Source: Cercozoa sp. M6MM
Lineage: Eukaryota; Protista; Endomyxa: Ascetosporea
NCBI GenBank assembly: GCA_040357565.1
Contig: JBDODJ010000003.1
Reading direction: 5' to 3' (one strand)
DNA: 64,000 nt
The notes under the pieces are model-generated. The model did not search any database. It saw only the letters and a list, made by a program, of their open reading frames with translations, and was not told the origin of the DNA. The translations under genes and the position numbers were made by a program. This document shows positions 57,113 through 64,000 of the stretch, in pieces (positions within the stretch are counted from its first letter, which is position 1; the number at the start of each line of letters is the position of its first letter).

Positions 57113-58641
57113 ATGTCATCGTCGTCGTCGGAGCATTCGTTCCACAGTGCCGGCGGCGGCGGGCGTGGTGGCCACAGTCGTGGCGGTCGCGGTCGTGGTC
57201 GCGGAGGCTACCGTCGCGGTCGAGGAGGTCGCGGCGGCGGCCACCGAGGCGGGCACGTGCGGCAGCACTCGCACCCGCAGTCGCACCGCGGCAGTCCGAG
57301 GCGCAATCGCGGCGGCCGCACGCCTCGACACGAGCAACGCAGTTTCTACTACGAGCAGCAGACTTCGGTACTTTCTTTCTACTATCTGTTCGTATCTTGT
57401 GTCAACTAACTGGTGTGTATGTGTGGACAGCCCAGCATGTCGGGCATGTCAGGCATGACGGGCATGTCGGGCATGTACAGTATGCCGCACATGCCGATGC
57501 AGATGCAGGCGCACGGCATCCCAGCCATGCAGATGGTTGACCCATCCACCGGACAAACCATCATGGTGTCGCCGCAGTTGTCGCACATGCAGACGCACGT
57601 GCAGCCGCAATTCATCGTGCAGAACATGCAGCACCTGTCGCTGGATACACCTGCCTCCAGCAACACCAGCAACGAGGCCGCTGCCACCGGTGCCAGTCCT
57701 GCCAGCGGTGCCTCCATGATCGCTGCCTTCCGTGCCCGAGTACCTCCTATTTCCTCACTGTGTGCATCTTGCTTTCACCTGTCTTCTGTACGCAGGCTGC
57801 CAACCAGGCCAAGTCTGCGAACAAGGCCGATGATGATGTACCCCCCCCCCCCGCTCTCTCCTGCTGGGTGCATTTTGTGTCTGTGCATAGTCGCCTACCA
57901 CATCGACGAAACGACTCGAAATGAAGAGTCTTTTCGCCTCCGTTAGTTCCAAAAAGACGCCGCCCGTCGCCGCAGAAGCACAGGTCGAGTCGAAGCAAGA
58001 GCCGAAGCAAGAAGCACAGCCTGAGCCGAAGCAAGAAGCACAGCCTGAGCCGAAGCAAGAAGCACAGTCTAAGCCGGAACTGGTCAAAGCTGAGCCGCAG
58101 CCTGAGCTGACCAAGCCGACTGACGTCGAAGTTGCCGAGTCGGAGGACATTGTCGAGTCGGAACACGCGTCGTCGCGAGCCGTCTCAGACGAGGACTTTG
58201 ACTCCGACCACGACGAGTCCGACTCCGGCTCTGGTACTGACTCTGGCTCCGAAGACTCCGGCTCCGGCTCTGACTCTGGCTCTGACGACGACGGCGAGTC
58301 CGACGAAGAGTCCGACGAAAGCGACGACGACGACAGCAGTCAGGCCGCCGATGATGTCGCCGATCGGACCACCGACCAGACCGACGATCAGACTGCCGAT
58401 CGGGAAAACGCTGCGGCCGATCAATCTGACAAGAAGGCATTCTTCCGACCTCTCAAGAGCCCTGTCGAAAAGTCGCCTTTCACGTGCGTTTCTGTGCATC
58501 GACAGACATATACTATTTATATTTTGTATGTGTGTCTATATAAATATGTATGTAAATATTATATCGGTATATGTATGTATATATATACACATATTCATAT
58601 ATATATATATATGTATATATTTGTATGTATATATATATATG

Positions 58642-58672
<31 letters not shown>

Positions 58673-58992
58673 GAGGTATGTGTGCAGTACTCGACCCAAG
58701 AAGCCCGAGTACTTTGGCATGAGTGCCGAGCAGTTGACGCCGGAGGACGCACCGACAGGACGGCGCCGCTACACGACGGCGCAGCTGCTGCAGGCCAAGC
58801 GGCACGCCGTTTGTTCTGTTCCCTGCATCGACGACCTTGTCGCGCTGGCCATCACTGACTACAGCAGGCGCGACTACTCGTACACACATATGCATATACA
58901 CACATATATATATATATCTTTATGTGTAGGGATACAGTTATATATATATATATGTGTGTATATATGTGCAGGTATGTATTCTACGTATACAG

Positions 58993-59023
<31 letters not shown>

Positions 59024-61940
59024 TTGTGTATTTTTATATGTAGCAAGATGCTGTCGCACACTCTGGGCGGTCCCGGCGGACCCCCAAGTCTGCGCGACCG
59101 CCACAAGGACGGCTACAGAGACAGAGACAGAGACAGAGACCGCAAGGGCAAGGGCAAGGGCAAGGGCAAGGGCAAGGGTGGCAAGAAGGGCCGCCGGCAT
59201 GGCGACCAGAAGACGCGCATTGTACCATTCTACCCCCCCCCCCCCCCCCGCACCCCTGGTGAGATAATGTAGCCTTTACGTGTGTGTGTGAGTGCAGCCC
59301 AAGCGAGGTCCCAAGGCGCCGCCTCCCAGTGCGAATGCCTGGCGACCGGGCCTCATGACGGAGGAGAATGCAGCGCTGCGACGACAGGTGCGCTCGCTGC
59401 TGAACAAGATGTCGGTCACCAACTACGCCAAGCTGTCGGAGAAGTTCGTCACACTCGTCACTGAGGAGGTGTGTGCTTCTGTCTATTTGTCGATGTATAT
59501 TCGTGTATTGTATCGCTTTATGTATTTTGTTTGCATGTTTGTTATTTGTTTGTTTGTGTATGTTATTCATTTCTTTATTTCTTTATTTGTTTATTTGTTT
59601 ATTTGTTTGGTCATTTGTTTGTGTAGCTGTTTGTTTATTTGTTTGTTTGTTTATTTGTTTGTTTCTGTATTTGTCTAGATATCTATTTCTTTATTTTTTG
59701 GTATTTGTACACGGGTTAGGTGGACAACGCCGGCAAGCTGTTCGACGTGGTGACACTTGTGTTCGACCGCACGTGCGACGACCATGACAGCGTGTCGCTG
59801 TTCGCGCTGCTGTGTCAGCAGGTCGAAGACAGCATTGGCGACAAGGTTTTCGACGTTGAGCAGGAGGACGGCTCGATCGGCCAGCTCACCTGGCGCAGTG
59901 CACTCGTGCGCATGTCTCGTCAGAGGTAGCTCTCCCTCCTGCCAACCTTATGCATATAAATATATGTATATATTTGCCAACGCCTCCTGGTGCCCCTGTA
60001 GAGTGGAGAATTTTGCCCCGCCGGTGCAGGAGGAAGGCATGAGCGACGAGGTGTTCCAGGAGGAACTGCACAAGCACAAGCACCGCGCCAACGGCAACGT
60101 GCTCTTCATGGGCGCACTGTACGAACACAAGATCGTGTCCGAGGTGCCTTCCATTTCCCTCATGTGTATACCTATTTATACCTATCTGAATATTGAACTT
60201 ATGTGACCCAGAAACTGGTGCACAAGATCATAGCCGAGCGCCTGCAAGACGGCACCTCGGAGAACGAGGTCGAGGCGGTGACACTGATGCTGCGCTCGGC
60301 CGGCCGCACGCTGGACCACGCCAAGTCACACACGCACATCAGCATGTACATCCAGCGCGTGCTGGCGCTGTCGGCGGGCTTCTCGATGCGCACGCGCAGC
60401 AAGGCGCAGGACCTGGCCGACTTGTTCCGCAACAAGTGGAAGGACACGTCGCCGCTGTCGCGCAAGAGCAAGGCCAAGACCATCGAGGAGTTCCGCGCCG
60501 ACTACGAGAAGGCCAAGCTCGAGAAGGAGCAGAAGGCGCGTCGTCGGCCCGGCGGCTCACGTGGCCCGCCGCGCGATCGCTCCGGCTTCCGTGATCGCGG
60601 CGATCGCGACAGGCGGCGCGACGGTGCGTTTCTCTGATCAATCTCTTGGATACATGTAAATAATGATATGTATTTAAATTAATATATCTATACTAGATTT
60701 ATACTATATTTCCATTATAAGCCTTATATATGTTACATATATTTTAGTGTATGTGGTAGGTCGTTCGCATCCCCCGGCGAAGCGAGGCGGTCGCAAGATG
60801 CGCGGCGCGCCGAAGCGTACGCAGGAGGACGCGGCATCGGCGCTGATGGCGCATAAGAAGGAGCAGGCGCGCAAGCGAAAGGAGAAGGAACAGGACAGGA
60901 GCAAGACTGCTGCTGCTGTCACAGGCAAGCGTCGTCCCGTGCCTTCCCGGTCCAAGTACGTGCCGCCTTCGCAGCGAACGGCTCTGTCAGCGTCGTCAGG
61001 TTCACGTGCTTCGCGCGACGACGGTGACAGACGCTCTAAGGACAGCATGCGTGTCTCCAACCGATTCTCTGTCTTTGTACTGCCCTGCTTCTCTGCTCAC
61101 TCTATGTACCTATATGGAGTACACACTCATCCTCGTAGGTTGACAATGAGTCCGAGGAAGAGGAGGAGGAAGAGGAAGTCGAGGAGACCGAGGAGACCGA
61201 GGAGGAGGAGGAGGAGGAAATCGAGGAGGCCTCGTCGAGTGAGACTACCGAGGACAAGGAGACGGTGCTGCAGACACTGTGTCTTGACTGGCTGGAAGCT
61301 GTGTCGGCCAAGGACGACTCGGGCCTCCGCAGCACGCTGTCACAGTACGCAGCGTCGCTCGGCACGGCTGACCTGTTCAAGCTTGCGTACGACCTGCTGT
61401 CGCAGAAGCAGGACGTTGTGGCCAAGTCGGTTGAGGCCATGTCGCATGCCTGCACTGTGCTGATGTCGGCCTTGCCCAAGCAGCTGCGAGACCAAGCTTC
61501 GGGTGTTGATACGGCGTGCAACGGACTCTATGCCTTCGCCAAGGCCAACCAAGAATGCATGCTCGAGCTGCCCATCGCCGGCATGGCACTCGCGCCCGTG
61601 TTGATCTCTCTCGCCAAGAACGACGCCGCCGTTCTCGCGCGCATCAACGAGATCTGCAAGCGCTGCCAGCAGGAGTCCGGCACGATGATGGCGCCGCACA
61701 ACCTCTCGCCCTACATTGCCGAGCGGCTGTGTCTCAACGATCCTGCCAGTGGTACACCCACACTCTGTCCTTGCCTTGTGTGTGTTGTACCAGCAAGGTA
61801 TGTTTGGTGTGTTGACAGCTGAGAGCGTAGCTGCCGCGCTGCCTGACAAGGACGCCGGTCGCTGCAATGCCGACAAGCATCCGCTCGTGTTCGAGGCGCT
61901 CAAGGCCGCCGGTCGTGCCTCCGAGCCGCGGCGTCGTTGA
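57113..61940 (+). CDS. eIF4G: Eukaryotic translation initiation factor 4G
   Basis: N-terminal RGG box, YxxxxL-phi eIF4E motif (YTTAQLL, about 58770), MIF4G ([11 protein letters not shown]...[10 protein letters not shown]...KTIEEF), C-terminal helical domain. Confidence 0.88.
58507..59040. repeat. Degenerate (TA)n tracts filling two eIF4G introns
   Basis: Direct observation. Confidence 0.9.
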
Positions 61941-62253
61941 CCGTGTTTCGATGTCCGACGTCTTGGGACGCTGCTTCGCGGTGTACAACTTCCTTCAAGT
62001 GCACCACATGTGCGGTGAGCGAGTGCGAACGTCCGCGATATATAGCGATACGGATATACGACCGACTCGGATATCGCGCGCTTTGAGCTTCAAGTTTGTA
62101 CTATATTCAACTTCGCGTCCGGCCATCGCTAATAAACGGAGCGACAAAGACCGCCTCTTTTTTGTTACTGACGTATACGGTGCGGTGAAGCTATTGTAAG
62201 GAAGTCAGAACCACTGACCGCGCACCAGCCACCACCACGCCAGGGCAAGGCAA

Positions 62254-63990
62254 CTACTCAGCCCGAGTTTCAGTGCGACCGCATTGGTACAAGTCAGTGC
62301 GACGCTGCTGTAGCACCGGAATCTGCTGTCGCACGACGTCGACGCGAGACAGGTCGATGTCGACAATGCCGATTTCCTCTGCACAGACACTTGTGTACGC
62401 AAGGTAGACAGGAGGCTGACAAGGTACCATCATCGCCGAGTTCGAGAATAACATCGCCCCACGGCGAAACGACAGTCGAATGACCCCATGACTAAATTTA
62501 TACCTCGATGTGTCTGATATCCCCCCGTGTATATTGTCACTGTACATGGTAGGACGACTCGGTGTTTAAGGCAGGCGCACACGCCATGACGTAACACTGC
62601 TCAGATAAACTGATAGCCAAAGACAAGGCAGGACAGAAACGAGGCAGTAGTGACCTGTGTGTCAAGTGCACGCGCTCGCAGAAGTCTAGAACACAAGGGA
62701 TATCGCATGCAAATTGGCAAGGAAACGATAGAAGAGAGTACAGCTGCCAGTGCGCCGGTCCGGTGGTACGATTGAAAGCACCCGGGAAGACCAGTGCCTT
62801 CACAGTTGCATCTTCTCTCGTCTGGGCTGCCAACACAGAAAACCCAAGTATACAGAGTGACGGAAAGAACTAAAAGGGCGTACCCAACGCAAACTCTGGG
62901 AAGCGCAGGTCGTAGCAGATGCCAAAGCCGACCTTGGCTCCTGAACACAGACAACATTGCTGGAACAGAGGCATTGCTGCAGGTATTACGAACCGTCAAA
63001 GGGAGAAACGGCGACGGTCATAGCGTCACCGGCAGACAGAGAATCACTCTCGCGGAAGCGCATCGGCTTGATGCCACGTGCCTCGTCGCCCTGGACAAGG
63101 GAAACCAAGGTAGCGGGTCCAGTCAAAGTAAAGCAGGCAGAGAGGTACCTTGACATCGATATCGAACAGGTGCACCTTGCGGTGCTTGCACACGAGATCG
63201 CCTTCTGTGCCAACAGGCATACTTGCCTCCTGCATACCTCCAGGGGTAAGGATGAGTGTACCCTCATTCCACACCGTGAGCGTGTTGTACACGTTGCCCG
63301 TTTCCTCGCACTTCTCCGGGATACTGCCTCTGCACATTAACACACAAACATTTTACGAGGCAATCAAAGACACCAGAGGCAACTTACCCAACCAGCCAGA
63401 TGTTGTGCGCATCGGCAAGACGCGACATGAGGCCACTCGACATGCACTGATCTCGGATCTCTGTATGCAATGACACAGTAACGCACAAGGAAGCAAAACA
63501 GTCAAGGCCCAAAACCATGCAGATGAATCTTGTCTTTCGGAACGACCTACGTAGATTAACATACACACCGCACAGCATAGAAGAGTAAATCAAAGTACAC
63601 CTCTGCATACTCGGCAAAGGCGGAAGTGTCGTACGGCGAGTTCCAGATCTCAGGCAGCAGCACCATCTGCCCAATGTTCACATTGGAACAGTAGCTGAAC
63701 TCACCTTGTGGACCCACACACCTCCGCTCCTTGGCTGACAGCGCGCTCCACGAGTACTTCCATCTTCTGGAAGTTCTGCGCTTTGGAGCTACCCACTGTG
63801 GGCACAAACCAATCCGCATGCAATCCAGAAGAAGTAGGACCAAAAGATACCCTCCATCTGGACCAAAGCGACGCGCACCATATTCTTGTTGTTTCTGCAA
63901 GATTAATTCAAATATTTAGTGCGATCAAAAAACAACGAAATAAACTCACACTGCAACCGAACTTAAAACACGCGCTCCCGTTCTCAGCAT
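62254..63990 (-). CDS. NIT2: Omega-amidase NIT2 (nitrilase family)
   Basis: VALVQME, LLPEIWNSPY (Glu), GGSIPE, YNT, KHRKVHLFDIDV (Lys), GICYDLRFPE (Cys), FPGAFNRTTGPAHWQL, RARALD.Q, RRTDLY. Confidence 0.92.
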
Positions 63991-64000
63991 GTTGCTTTTG

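Overview
Gene-dense, intron-rich eukaryotic (protist-type) nuclear DNA with four N-gaps. It is not prokaryotic, and the lineage cannot be fixed from the sequence alone. The six-frame ORF track is fragmented by many short GT-AG introns (mostly about 50-150 nt), so I rebuilt about 25 genes by manual splicing. In order: GSK3 kinase (partial), RBX1, a DHHC palmitoyltransferase, two hypotheticals, Rac GTPase, a small hypothetical, proteasome alpha5, a second DHHC, an ALKBH2/3-like dioxygenase, a membrane hypothetical, an MFS transporter, a mitochondrial RF2-type release factor, Tom40-like, a DENN protein, an EF-hand protein, exocyst Sec5, a large unknown helical protein, a secreted cytokinin-dehydrogenase-like flavoprotein, a Frizzled/Smoothened-like GPCR, a GRAB golgin, a mitochondrial TPR-like protein, a RAD51/DMC1 recombinase, an ELYS-like nucleoporin, eIF4G and NIT2. 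Most notable: (1) the head-to-head CKX-like enzyme and class F GPCR pair, with RNA hairpins upstream of and inside the receptor gene; (2) an organellar RF2 that keeps GGQ but has lost the SPF stop-codon-reading loop; (3) a RAD51/DMC1 mosaic with an altered Walker A; (4) 5' splice sites that have largely abandoned the GTRAG consensus; (5) strand-polarised TACCC/GGGTA intron repeats. Gene boundaries are hand-derived and approximate where stated.
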